A stretch of DNA of 64,000 nucleotides. It comes from a virus. Positions 37,784 through 47,443 of this stretch are shown in pieces. The stretch is from positions 30,892 to 94,891 of IMG/VR virus record IMGVR_UViG_3300020192_000010; one strand, written 5' to 3'. The translations under genes were made by a program, and so were the position numbers. The notes beneath the pieces are model-generated. The model ran no database searches, was not told the DNA's origin, and was given only the letters and a program-made list of their open reading frames with translations. Position 1 is the stretch's first letter. The number at the start of each line of letters is the position of its first letter.

Positions 37784-40165
37784 TTACGCCAATGCAATGC
37801 TATCGGTAGCGAGCGTAACGGTAGCTGAGAAACCGGTAGCTGTAATTGTTCCGGATGAGTCGTTGTTTACGTACCTGGTAGTACCGGTGGATGTTTTTCT
37901 AACTCTGATATACACGGCTTCATCGGTGGTATAGGCGTACGTCGTAGTCGCGATCCCAGAAGCATCGGTTAATGCGTTGATAATTTGTGAATTATCGCTG
38001 GATTTGTAAATTGCTACGCGCGCACTAGCGATTGCGGTACCGGTTGCATTTTTGACTGTAACGGTTAAAGTTACCGCATTATTTACCGTCGTAGACGCTC
38101 CAGTGCCGTTTCGAATCGTTGGAGTTCCACCGCCATTCGTAATATTCAGTGTTACGAGACCGCCAGAATCATTGAAAATTGCCGCACTGGTCGTTGTGCC
38201 AAAGCTTGTGAATGTGTTACCAGAAAATGAGTACGTCCCGGCTGTAGTGATTCGAATGGCGTGTCCGGCTGAGGCGCTGCCGGTAAATGCGCAGGAAGAA
38301 AATATTACTGGAGTCGTTACGGTCGTCCAATAATTGCCAGCCGTTACGGTCGTAACATTTATTGTGCTGCCAGAAACAGTTGTAGTTGCGCTAACGGTGA
38401 ATGATGCGTTTGTAGCCGGGACTTTTCCGATGCTGCAATCCACCAGAGCGCAAGCAGTTGCATCGATTGATGGGCATGATGTAAACGATAAGCCATTGAA
38501 TGTAGTGACGTTTCGAAGCGTAGTTGTCGCGTTTACGAGTACAAGTCCGCTAAAATCCCACGTGGCAGCGCTCGTTGCGGCTGCATTGATGGTAAAGAAA
38601 TACGGCGTCGGAGATGTAATAACGGAGTTTGTGAACTTGGCAACGTCACCAGATTTTGCAGAAAAGCTAATTCCAACAGAATTATCAGCAGCATGAAATG
38701 CTAATTCCTTAGCTGTCGTACTTGAGCGACGAGGAAACTGAAGAGCGCCTGCATCAATTTGAAAATTGACCGCATCTCCGCCTCCAATTTGGATCGGGGC
38801 GAAAGATACGGCTCCGTTCGCTCCCGCTTTTTGAATAACCGGAAGTCTAAACGATTTTCCAATGTCAATTAATCCCGCGATATCAACGGGCGTGGTGGCA
38901 TCGCCACCAGCAATAACTTGAGTATTTACTTGATGAATTTCAGAATTATATGTTTGAGATGAGAATGATGGAGCATTACGAAGAAATTGTATATGTGTTA
39001 TTGCTGTTGCGTTAGCGCTTCCTCCGGAACCAGCACTACCGTATTGACTTCCGGAGTATCCGGCTTGAATCGCCCATACAGAACGTTGAGCGGGTGCAGG
39101 CTGCGAATCACGAGCAGCCACTTGATACGCGTTCCAGAACGTCGCAGCTGAACCCATACGAATTACGCAGCCACCTTGAGTAACGGTTCCGAGTCCGAAA
39201 GCCCCCATCTTCGGAGTACCGGCGACGATTGTTCCCATTACTAATCCGGCAGAAAGGTCTCTACCACCGGTCAATACTAACTCTGGTCCCGCCAACGCTG
39301 TCGCGGCAGTCGCCGCCGATGCACTTGTGATAGCGTTTGCATACACGTTGATTCCAAAGTCAGCACCGGCGACCGCGGTCGTGACGGTCGTGGTTTTGCT
39401 ATTTACGTTACCGGTGAGCGATCCGGCACCAGCAGCCGTAAACGAAATGCTATTCAAAGTAGTAATATGATGCCCGCATGTAAGTCTTGTTCCCGGTGAC
39501 GTACTATCATCAATATAAGCCGGAATGCGTCCGCTTGTTGCGTTTTTCATCGCTACGGTTATTCGAACATAAGCCGCCGAAGCGTTTGCTGACCAGTTGA
39601 CAACCGGAACGGCACCTGCTGTTCTTTGAAAATACCAAGCAGCAGATTGATGGCTTGAGGTTGTTGCAGTTGTACCGGTGGAGTCGAAACTATCAATAAA
39701 CATTACACCAGGATCACTTAGAACCTGTGGAGTAGTACCATCGGAAGCAATTGCGTAAAAAACAATATCATCGGCAGTTGCCGAAGTTATCGAAGCATTC
39801 GAAGGAAGTGAAGATGCGCCAATAGCAGCAAAGCTTGGCGTAACACCATCAAATGGTGTTGTTGTATCAATTTCTCTAAAACAATAAATTCCAACAGTGT
39901 ATGCGTCAGCCGTAGTGACTGTAAGAGTTTCGGCGGCGCTTGTGGCGAGACGGTAAAGCAAATATGTAATGGTGCCTGAAGTGATCGGGTTAGCTGGCGC
40001 AGATGGAATAGCCGAAAAAGCAGAACCGCCAAAAGTAGCGGTACCAGAGTCGACAGTAACGACCAATATAAGAATATCGTTGGTTTGATGCGGAGGCAAA
40101 TTGCAAGCCAAGGTCGTTACGGCGCCCGACCCATTTGTTTGTGCTGATTCTACGAAATAAGCCAT
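37784..40165 (-). CDS. Large Ala/Thr-rich virion fibre/adhesin-like protein with C-terminal Ig-like domain
   Basis: 793 aa. C-terminal LTVTVKNATGTAIASARVAI...TDASG prealbumin/Ig-like motif. Confidence 0.6.
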   Translation of the reverse strand: MAYFVESAQTNGSGAVTTLACNLPPHQTNDILILVVTVDSGTATFGGSAFSAIPSAPANPITSGTITYLLYRLATSAAETLTVTTADAYTVGIYCFREIDTTTPFDGVTPSFAAIGASSLPSNASITSATADDIVFYAIASDGTTPQVLSDPGVMFIDSFDSTGTTATTSSHQSAAWYFQRTAGAVPVVNWSANASAAYVRITVAMKNATSGRIPAYIDDSTSPGTRLTCGHHITTLNSISFTAAGAGSLTGNVNSKTTTVTTAVAGADFGINVYANAITSASAATAATALAGPELVLTGGRDLSAGLVMGTIVAGTPKMGAFGLGTVTQGGCVIRMGSAATFWNAYQVAARDSQPAPAQRSVWAIQAGYSGSQYGSAGSGGSANATAITHIQFLRNAPSFSSQTYNSEIHQVNTQVIAGGDATTPVDIAGLIDIGKSFRLPVIQKAGANGAVSFAPIQIGGGDAVNFQIDAGALQFPRRSSTTAKELAFHAADNSVGISFSAKSGDVAKFTNSVITSPTPYFFTINAAATSAATWDFSGLVLVNATTTLRNVTTFNGLSFTSCPSIDATACALVDCSIGKVPATNASFTVSATTTVSGSTINVTTVTAGNYWTTVTTPVIFSSCAFTGSASAGHAIRITTAGTYSFSGNTFTSFGTTTSAAIFNDSGGLVTLNITNGGGTPTIRNGTGASTTVNNAVTLTVTVKNATGTAIASARVAIYKSSDNSQIINALTDASGIATTTYAYTTDEAVYIRVRKTSTGTTRYVNNDSSGTITATGFSATVTLATDSIALA

Positions 40166-40169
40166 GTTC

Positions 40170-40847
40170 TTACGTAATTTTTCTAAATGTATTAATGCCC
40201 ATTTTATGTAGTCGATATGTTATGCCCTTGTGACTTTTCATTCCGACTTTTTTTGCTATTTTCCTACAACTTAATCCACTATTAAAAAGTTCTAATATGT
40301 TTTCATCAGAAACATCAACGCGATACTTACCATTTTTGGCACCAGTTTGTTGACGAGCTTTCTCTGCTAAAAATTTTTTTGTTTCTAAACTGTGAGTTCT
40401 ACCAGTAGATTTCACACGAATGTTTTCTCTATGTTCTTCAGAAAACGATGGAGGGGACTGCCTATTGGGATACTTATTTCCCTTCTTCGCTTGGGATATT
40501 TTTAATTTTGTATCTTCACTTCTTTCCTTTCCTAACCAATAGTTATTTACATTTCCGCCCTCCGCCACGTTATATCCAAATTTACAATTACGACTATTAT
40601 AATGTATAATCATATTCTTTTCTAACTGGTCAGCATCTTCTTGTGATCTGGTACAAAGAATTGGTTCATATATAAAATTTTCAACACCATATTTGCGGAA
40701 CGACCTATATATTGGATATTGGAGCTTATTTCTTTTCATTTCACATAAATAAGACGACCACCGATTTTTTAGATTTTTAGTTTGTCCTACATACATTTTG
40801 TTATTTATTTTATTTGTTATCAAGTAAATGTAATAAATATACGACAT
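40170..40847 (-). CDS. GIY-YIG homing endonuclease with NUMOD3-like repeats and C-terminal HTH
   Basis: YIYLITNKINNKMYVGQT...R, GYNVAEGG, SEDTKLKIS/HSLETK, GLSCRKIAKKVG. Confidence 0.9.
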   Translation of the reverse strand: MSYIYYIYLITNKINNKMYVGQTKNLKNRWSSYLCEMKRNKLQYPIYRSFRKYGVENFIYEPILCTRSQEDADQLEKNMIIHYNSRNCKFGYNVAEGGNVNNYWLGKERSEDTKLKISQAKKGNKYPNRQSPPSFSEEHRENIRVKSTGRTHSLETKKFLAEKARQQTGAKNGKYRVDVSDENILELFNSGLSCRKIAKKVGMKSHKGITYRLHKMGINTFRKIT

Positions 40848-40867
40848 AAATATATGTTAATTTATTA

Positions 40868-41833
40868 CTAGTTGTATGTTTCACTTGCACGATTATCCCA
40901 AATTGCAGTAGTAGAAGACCATTCTGTAAATGTGGGCTCACCAGCCACTAGTGTTATTCTTTTTATTTCCCAAACCGCTGCACTGGTAGCTGAACCTAAT
41001 TCTGCCGTACCAATATATATAACGGTATCGCCTATATCGTAGGCAACTTTATTGACAGCTCCTCCTCCGGAAAGAACATTGACTGGAATAGCTCCTTGAT
41101 TAGAGGCAAGAACAACTGGCGTGCTGTTCGCCATTGTTTTTTGACCTAAAGTATTTATGCGTCCTGTGAAGGTAGCGTCTGCCAACCGAGTAGATAACGT
41201 AGTTTCGGTTGCTGCTCCTGAGGGAAGCGGTAACGCTGCGGCGGAGATGGCGAAGGTTCCGGACCCGGCATCGGCCGTAACCGTTCCTGAGACCGGCTGG
41301 GTGGCTTGCCAGAACGTTCCTGTAACCGACAGCGAACTCTGATCAGAAGCAATAACTACCGGAGTGCTGGCAGCCATGACTTTTTGACCAAGCGTATTGA
41401 TCCTATCAGTAAATGCAGACGAAGTTAATAACGTCGCGAGTGTCAGTTCAGTTGCGGCTCCAGATGGTAGCGGCAACGATGCGACGCTAATCGGTTGAGT
41501 CGTGGTGCCTATCGGATCTATTCGTAAAGTTCCGTTAGACGTTACACGTAACGATATAAGATTTGTTCCATCGGACCCGCCAACCATTGTGGCGTCACTC
41601 GGAACAATCGCTCCGGTTGCAGACGTGCTAGAACTAGAAGCGGTGATGTTACCAGTAATTGGTAACGGCTCGCCCCCAATAATACCTTGAACCGTAATGA
41701 CGCCAGTGGCAGGGGTACCGGCCGTGCCGCTTCCGGTAACCTGAGCCTGAAGTCGGTATACACCGCCATCATCAACAACCCCAAGAGGATTGCCAAACTT
41801 ATCATAAAGTATAGCAATAGGTTGAATTGACAT
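40868..41833 (-). CDS. Virion fibre-like protein with internal ~46-aa duplication
   Basis: LPLPSGAATE...RINTLGQK.M..STPVV.AS.Q occurs twice. Confidence 0.65.
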   Translation of the reverse strand: MSIQPIAILYDKFGNPLGVVDDGGVYRLQAQVTGSGTAGTPATGVITVQGIIGGEPLPITGNITASSSSTSATGAIVPSDATMVGGSDGTNLISLRVTSNGTLRIDPIGTTTQPISVASLPLPSGAATELTLATLLTSSAFTDRINTLGQKVMAASTPVVIASDQSSLSVTGTFWQATQPVSGTVTADAGSGTFAISAAALPLPSGAATETTLSTRLADATFTGRINTLGQKTMANSTPVVLASNQGAIPVNVLSGGGAVNKVAYDIGDTVIYIGTAELGSATSAAVWEIKRITLVAGEPTFTEWSSTTAIWDNRASETYN

Positions 41834-41839
41834 TTAGCC

Positions 41840-42484
41840 TCAGAGAATTGTTCTAGTGCGTGATAATTCTAAAGCACCGTTTGACGTAATTGTATCTATT
41901 ATTTGTGCCGAAACGGTCGTGCCATCAGTAGCATATATTTTCCAATGCTCTGCCGTTACAATATTATTTCCATTATATGTGTAAAGGGTTTCTACAATTT
42001 TATTTGTTTTAGCTGATGAAGTCCACCACGTTACAGATGCTGGAAATGGATCGCTTGCTGGTAACAATTCGCGATAAGCTCCGCTTGTAAACCCATTTGC
42101 CGGGCCGTTATCAATAAAATGAATAAGTTGACGTAGAGATTGGTGTTGTCCGGAACTTATACCTCCGCCACTTCCTGCTGCCTCTAAACCGTTAACAACA
42201 CCGGAATCCATAAGAAATTGTTTTTGATTATCGTTGAATTGCAGCAAATCGATATCACTAAATGTAATAGTTATCTCATTAGCTCGTAATTTACGAAGCA
42301 ATTCTCCTTTTAGTAAGGAGGCTCGTAAATCGGCTTCTCCGACACCTGGTATATCTAAAAGATCGCGGTCCTGCCCTGGCCCTATGGGAAACTGGAATAT
42401 CCGCACCATCTTATTTGGAGAAGCTATGTTTCGAACCACAAAACCCTGATTATACTTTCTAAACGGAGCAAATTGGTTTGTCAC
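41840..42484 (-). CDS. Hypothetical virion protein
   Basis: 214 aa. N-terminal domain resembles 31791..32186. Confidence 0.65.
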   Translation of the reverse strand: MTNQFAPFRKYNQGFVVRNIASPNKMVRIFQFPIGPGQDRDLLDIPGVGEADLRASLLKGELLRKLRANEITITFSDIDLLQFNDNQKQFLMDSGVVNGLEAAGSGGGISSGQHQSLRQLIHFIDNGPANGFTSGAYRELLPASDPFPASVTWWTSSAKTNKIVETLYTYNGNNIVTAEHWKIYATDGTTVSAQIIDTITSNGALELSRTRTIL

Positions 42485-43201
42485 TTAAACCTCTTCTTTT
42501 TTATTATCTGCTATCTTATCCTTAATCGTAATTGTAACGGATCTTTCTACTTCTTTATTTTCTTGATTTGCTTTTACATCGCCAAACAGCTTATCAATCA
42601 TGCTGTCAGGGCCCTTAACAATAGAATGGGTTGGAAGGCTGTTTTTAGCAATCCCACCAAGATTATAATTGCTGTAAATAGTTTTATGAAGCAGCTTTTC
42701 ATCTCGATCGATGACTAAAGTCCTCAATTCCTTTTCAGAAAGACGTTGAACATCTTCTGGGCGAAGGCGATATCGCAAATACATAAGCTCTTCAAGATAT
42801 GCAAGCTGCGGTTTAAAGAAATCCATATCTTTTTGTTCAACGCGAAGAGTGCGATCAAGTGCAGACGACAAAATTCGGCAGTAACTGTCGTGCCAATCAG
42901 GGTCACCCATGAAATCTTCTTTAATACCATCAACAGCAATCTTCAGTTTGAAGAACGTTTTTAGTTTTTCTGAAGATTCTTTATCAATGTAGGCTTCACT
43001 ACGATGATAGTTCTGTAGGTTACGACGAGGAATGAAATCTGTTTCAGAATTTACTCGTCTGGTATCAAAGGCATTCTTAACAAATGGGTCTTGACGAACT
43101 AAATCGAAATACTTCCTTCGCAGCTGAATAGCTTCCCGACGCGAAGGTGAATTCGCCACCTTAATTAGTGCATCGTAGGCTCTCAAAAAGTATTTATTCA
43201 T
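42485..43201 (-). CDS. Hypothetical protein
   Basis: 238 aa, GGTGA RBS, N-terminal IKVA motif. Confidence 0.75.
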   Translation of the reverse strand: MNKYFLRAYDALIKVANSPSRREAIQLRRKYFDLVRQDPFVKNAFDTRRVNSETDFIPRRNLQNYHRSEAYIDKESSEKLKTFFKLKIAVDGIKEDFMGDPDWHDSYCRILSSALDRTLRVEQKDMDFFKPQLAYLEELMYLRYRLRPEDVQRLSEKELRTLVIDRDEKLLHKTIYSNYNLGGIAKNSLPTHSIVKGPDSMIDKLFGDVKANQENKEVERSVTITIKDKIADNKKEEV

Positions 43202-43256
43202 CTGATCTCACCGCCGCCACATGTTGATATTTAGAACATACAATATTATGCAGCGG

Positions 43257-43898
43257 CTACTTTTCCAAGCAGAAATTAAGCATATCTATTTTGTAACCAT
43301 ATAGTTCAGCAAAATTCATAGCATCGTATCTATTCAAACAGCCCGATTCAAACGATGCTGATGAATTCATTATACCAACAGCATTATCGGTATGTTGTAA
43401 TTTTATTGCGTGCCCAAATTCGTGTATCGCGACAATTCTTAGTTTATAGCTAGTTACTATTCTATCTGTAACAAGACCTATAAACCATCTATTTGTCTTT
43501 ACATCTGTAAGCTGCCAAAACCCAAAAGTCAGACGTGTCTCATAGATTCCTTTCTTTTTATTATCCGTCTCTATTTCTTTATCCGTCTTGATAACAAAAG
43601 GGCTCGATGCAGTCGTTTTAAACATAATGTTTCGATCAATCAGTCCTACAAAAGTATGTGATGATGGATGATACGGGTAGATAAGATTGAATTGAACCAC
43701 GCCTCTCGATACATACTTCCATTCATCAGCAGCAGACTTAATGACGATATACTCATCAAACGTAAATGCTTCATCAACATATACTGTCTGAGTAATAATC
43801 CCCTCTGAGTTGAGGGGAATTCTTGCTTTTGGAGTACACGAAACCAGGGCCATTATCAATAGCCCGGCAAAGGCCAGGAACGTCAGCCATCTGTGCAT
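43257..43898 (-). CDS. Matrixin-like (metzincin) metalloprotease, predicted lipoprotein
   Basis: Signal peptide with lipobox LVSC, HEFGHAIKLQH zinc motif and GIM Met-turn. Confidence 0.85.
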   Translation of the reverse strand: MHRWLTFLAFAGLLIMALVSCTPKARIPLNSEGIITQTVYVDEAFTFDEYIVIKSAADEWKYVSRGVVQFNLIYPYHPSSHTFVGLIDRNIMFKTTASSPFVIKTDKEIETDNKKKGIYETRLTFGFWQLTDVKTNRWFIGLVTDRIVTSYKLRIVAIHEFGHAIKLQHTDNAVGIMNSSASFESGCLNRYDAMNFAELYGYKIDMLNFCLEK

Positions 43899-43923
43899 GC
43901 TTATACTTACTATATCAGTGCGT

Positions 43924-43959
43924 AAAAAAGAAAACGGGACCTGTAATTAAACAAGTCCC
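43924..43959 (-). terminator. Rho-independent terminator after the major capsid gene
   Basis: Minus strand GGGACTTGT-TTAATT-ACAGGTCCC followed by GTTTTCTTTTTT. Confidence 0.75.
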
Positions 43960-44001
43960 ATCATTCTAAACAGGAACTCTAGGTTCCATGTTAATTAATT
44001 A

Positions 44002-45006
44002 TCAGCCGGTAAGGGTGCTCTTCTTGCCTGCGGAAACTCCGCGTGCGTTCACGATACCAATTCCGATGATCTCGGAGACAACCCAACCAAGCTTCAGCTG
44101 CTTTGGCTCGTCTGCTGGCAGAACTTCGATATCCTGACGGATTGGCATTACGCCTACGAACTCTGGGTCAGCTGCTGCGTAAACCGTTCCTGGTGGAACG
44201 ATCTTGGAGACGAGGATGTCTGCGCCCCAGATGTGAGCATAGAGGCCCGTCTGGAGGATTTCGCGCTGCGTAACTGGATCTACTTCTCCACCGCCTACGC
44301 CCTGTCCACCACCAGATCCCCACTTGAGGATATCGGTGAACTCGCAGATGTTCATGAAGTACTTCGTGGTGACGAGGTCCCAACGATCGACCTGTGCCTT
44401 AAGTTCGAGCAAGTCGCGCTTAAGCAGACCGGAGTCGCTGATATCCTGAACCGTGTTTTCAACGGAAGAGGATGCATCAAGAGCCGCGAACACGTTCGCG
44501 TCTTCCTGTGCCATGATTTCCTGGCGTGCCTTCTGTACTGCACGATCAATTACGTTAAAGCGGCGGCGCTTTACTTCTGCGATACGAACCGTTGGGTTCG
44601 CAAAGATTTCGAACTCTGGAACCGTTACGCGGTCACCGAATACACGGGACTCTGGTCCGGAACCGTTAGACGAAATAACAACGGCCGAGACGTCGATGTC
44701 GCGGTCATACGTTGGCATTGCTCCCTGTGGAAGTGGGTCGACGACGAGCGCACGACGAGCAATTCCATGGTAGTCAAGGTTTCGACGAATTGGATTTGCC
44801 ATCGCTTGAGCTAAAGCAATCTTTCCGTCCTGGGTCATGATTGCGCGCGAGATGAGGTCATCACGGCGGTCCTCAGAAACATTTCCTGCAAGCGCAGCGT
44901 TCGAAGGAGCATTCTCTTCGAGAACAGATGCGTACTTTGCAATCGTCTCAAGGGCTTCCTTGAGCGAGGAGGCGTTTACTTCGCCTTTTGAGTTGAACAT
45001 AGACAT
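44002..45006 (-). CDS. Major capsid protein (HK97 fold)
   Basis: ALAQAMANPIRRNLDY.GIARRALVVDPLPQG, RVTVPEFEI, AQEDANVF, and GIGIVNARGV. Strong codon bias, own leader and terminator. Confidence 0.9.
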   Translation of the reverse strand: MSMFNSKGEVNASSLKEALETIAKYASVLEENAPSNAALAGNVSEDRRDDLISRAIMTQDGKIALAQAMANPIRRNLDYHGIARRALVVDPLPQGAMPTYDRDIDVSAVVISSNGSGPESRVFGDRVTVPEFEIFANPTVRIAEVKRRRFNVIDRAVQKARQEIMAQEDANVFAALDASSSVENTVQDISDSGLLKRDLLELKAQVDRWDLVTTKYFMNICEFTDILKWGSGGGQGVGGGEVDPVTQREILQTGLYAHIWGADILVSKIVPPGTVYAAADPEFVGVMPIRQDIEVLPADEPKQLKLGWVVSEIIGIGIVNARGVSAGKKSTLTG

Positions 45007-45009
45007 GGT

Positions 45010-45104
45010 ATACCTTTGGTTGAATTCTTGCCAGTTTGACTAGCTTGGAGATTACTCTCCCATCATGTCTCCAACTAATTAGAGCAATGATGTTCAACAG
45101 GTAT
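45010..45104 (-). promoter_or_regulatory. Structured 5' leader of the capsid gene that pairs the RBS
   Basis: Nested complementary blocks ATACCT/AGGTAT, GTTGAA/TTCAAC, TTGC/GCAA and TTGGAGA/TCTCCAA. Confidence 0.55.
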
Positions 45105-45181
45105 GAAATACTATTACTATATTTTGTAATTATTTTTAATATATGTACATTATTATTTGTGGGTACCGGACGAAAGACATG

Positions 45182-45211
45182 AAAAAACCTCCAGTCTTTC
45201 GACTGGAGGTT
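45182..45211 (-). terminator. Rho-independent terminator after the decoration gene
   Basis: Minus strand AACCTCCAGTC-GAAA-GACTGGAGGTT followed by a T-tract. Confidence 0.85.
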
Positions 45212-45247
45212 ACATTTTCAATTAGCACTAAGTGCTAGCTAGTCAGT

Positions 45248-45913
45248 TCACTTGCCGAGCCAGTAGAACACTGCCATCGTGAATGCACGTGGGAGCGCGC
45301 CTGGAACGTCAGAACCTGGGGAGTTCACTGCGGACGCCAAGTTGGTTGGAGTCTTTACGAGAGAACCGTCGGTTGTGAATTCGACGAAGCGGGCCATTGT
45401 TGCGCCTGAGTTTGCCGTTCCGCCAGTTCCAAGAAGTCCTGCGGTAGATGCGGTAAGTGCCGCGCCAACTGCGATAGGAACTGATGGAGTAAGAGTTGCG
45501 GTGTCGCATGCGTCAAGAGTTACACCGTAGAGGCCCTGTGCGCCCCAAAGAGTAATCTTGCCGGAACCGGCTGCGGTGTGAGGTCCGAAGACCGTTCCGC
45601 CCGTTACAGTCTGTCCAACGGATCCGCCTACGAGGCTTCCGAAGAGCGTACCGTAGTTAGCAATACCGTCATCCGTAAGGAAGTATGGGCCTGCTGCACC
45701 GGCTCCGAGTGTAAGCGTTACAGCTGGGCGCGTCTTAGAAGTCGTGCCTGTGTATCCGTCGCTGACGTCTGCCGCTGCCTTATCAGTACCTGCGTAAGTC
45801 GTTGCTACGAACGTAGCGACTTCTCCACCTTTGAAATTGTTGAGGTCTGCGTCGAGCGCGTCGAACTGTCCTAGAGGAGCCTGCGTGCCTGGTTGAAGTA
45901 ATTTAAGAGCCAT
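45248..45913 (-). CDS. Putative capsid decoration/cement protein
   Basis: 221 aa, Gly/Ala/Thr-rich, immediately upstream of the capsid gene with similar codon bias. Confidence 0.6.
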   Translation of the reverse strand: MALKLLQPGTQAPLGQFDALDADLNNFKGGEVATFVATTYAGTDKAAADVSDGYTGTTSKTRPAVTLTLGAGAAGPYFLTDDGIANYGTLFGSLVGGSVGQTVTGGTVFGPHTAAGSGKITLWGAQGLYGVTLDACDTATLTPSVPIAVGAALTASTAGLLGTGGTANSGATMARFVEFTTDGSLVKTPTNLASAVNSPGSDVPGALPRAFTMAVFYWLGK

Positions 45914-46012
45914 GTGATTATCCTGTTTGTTGGCCGCTTGGGCCGGTCTTACATCATTGTCTTACTAAAGAGTCTTGCCATAATATATTGTTATTACCTG
46001 TTTTCAAAAAAA

Positions 46013-47398
46013 TTAATCAAGTCCGAATAAACTTTCTTCTGCTTGTGGCGCAGCAACGCCAGAAGGTGGAGCTGATTGCTGAACAGGTGAAGATGGCGCA
46101 GTTGGCTTGGCAGTTGGCTTGGCAGCTGCGGCTGGAGTATTTATTTCAGAGGTTAACTTGTCTGCCTGCGCTTGTTCGATTTTACTATCCTCAGCGTGTT
46201 TATGAACCTCTTTCATACTTTCATTGGACACATCGATTGTTCTAATAAGAGAGTTTAATTCCTTAGTGACGTCTGTCACTTTGTTATTAATCAGATTATA
46301 AATAGGTGTCTTTATCTTTGACCACATATCACCTTCGCTTTTATCTTCGAAGGCGCCTGTTTCGGCTTGACGTTTGTAGTTTCCTATTTCGGTCTTAACT
46401 GTCGCCATCTGATGAATATAATCAGATGTAATTTTTTTTATTCGCTCTTCATTTACTGAAGTTGTCTGGCCTGATGAAACTCCTGCGTAAGAATCTGCTA
46501 ACGTATGCAATTTTTCAACTTCTGCGCGAAGTTTTATCAGCACCGGGTGTGTTTTAGCTTCCGACAACTTATCAATTCTTTGAATTGTGCTGGCGCTATT
46601 GATTGATACACTTTTAGCTTTTGGCGATGTTCCGGCTACCGCTGAAAGTAATCCAGCGCTAATGCCTCCGATCCATGCTCCGGCCTTAGCTCCAACTAAA
46701 GCTCCAGCTAAGGGACCGAGTCCTGCAGCTTCTCCAACAGGTGCGGTAGCTACAGCTCCGAGGATTCCTCCGATGATGGCTCCGGCGACGCCCCCGGCGG
46801 CGGCCCCTGTACCGCCAGCAACGGCAACGTCGCCTGCATCTTCAGAAAAAAAACTTTTTACATTATCCCAGAAGTCAGCCTCTGACTTTAACTGAACATC
46901 CACGTTAGACATCTTCTCAATACAGTTATCAGCCAATGCTCGCAACTCATCTTCGCCACGAATGTCTAGGTCGTTAGCAATACGAACAAGTTCGAAAACC
47001 AATTCTTGATGCGCCTTAGCAGCCAGCTTACGATGATTAACATTACCATCATTAGGACGCAAAACCTGATTGATAATAATCTTTTGACGTTCGATATTGT
47101 TTTCAACCAAACCGTTAATCTTGTCATAAGATGGGGCAATGATAACCGGCTCAGAGTGAGCCTGTTCCATGATGTGTTTCTCTTCACCATTTGGCTGGAC
47201 CCCATAGAATATTTCCGTAGTAGACATTACTTCTGGCTTGTAAGTCTGGCGCGTAGTACGTTTCTTTCCATAAGACATATCAACATCTGGATCTGGCCCA
47301 CGTGGGTTATCGTCTTTAGCGTTCTTAACGCGAGGTGTTACTAGCCCGCGTTCATCGGCGATTCTGGCATATTCTTCAAAAATTCTGCTTCGAGTCAT
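46013..47398 (-). CDS. Putative inner-head/ejection protein with glycine-zipper hydrophobic hairpin
   Basis: GGTGAAAGGVAGAIIGGILGA...GALVGAKAGAWIGGISAG. Shares motifs with 51189..52559 and the scaffold. Confidence 0.55.
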   Translation of the reverse strand: MTRSRIFEEYARIADERGLVTPRVKNAKDDNPRGPDPDVDMSYGKKRTTRQTYKPEVMSTTEIFYGVQPNGEEKHIMEQAHSEPVIIAPSYDKINGLVENNIERQKIIINQVLRPNDGNVNHRKLAAKAHQELVFELVRIANDLDIRGEDELRALADNCIEKMSNVDVQLKSEADFWDNVKSFFSEDAGDVAVAGGTGAAAGGVAGAIIGGILGAVATAPVGEAAGLGPLAGALVGAKAGAWIGGISAGLLSAVAGTSPKAKSVSINSASTIQRIDKLSEAKTHPVLIKLRAEVEKLHTLADSYAGVSSGQTTSVNEERIKKITSDYIHQMATVKTEIGNYKRQAETGAFEDKSEGDMWSKIKTPIYNLINNKVTDVTKELNSLIRTIDVSNESMKEVHKHAEDSKIEQAQADKLTSEINTPAAAAKPTAKPTAPSSPVQQSAPPSGVAAPQAEESLFGLD

Positions 47399-47443
47399 AT
47401 TCTAATCCTTGATGTAATGCAAAGTAATGTGCGGCTTTGCCCG

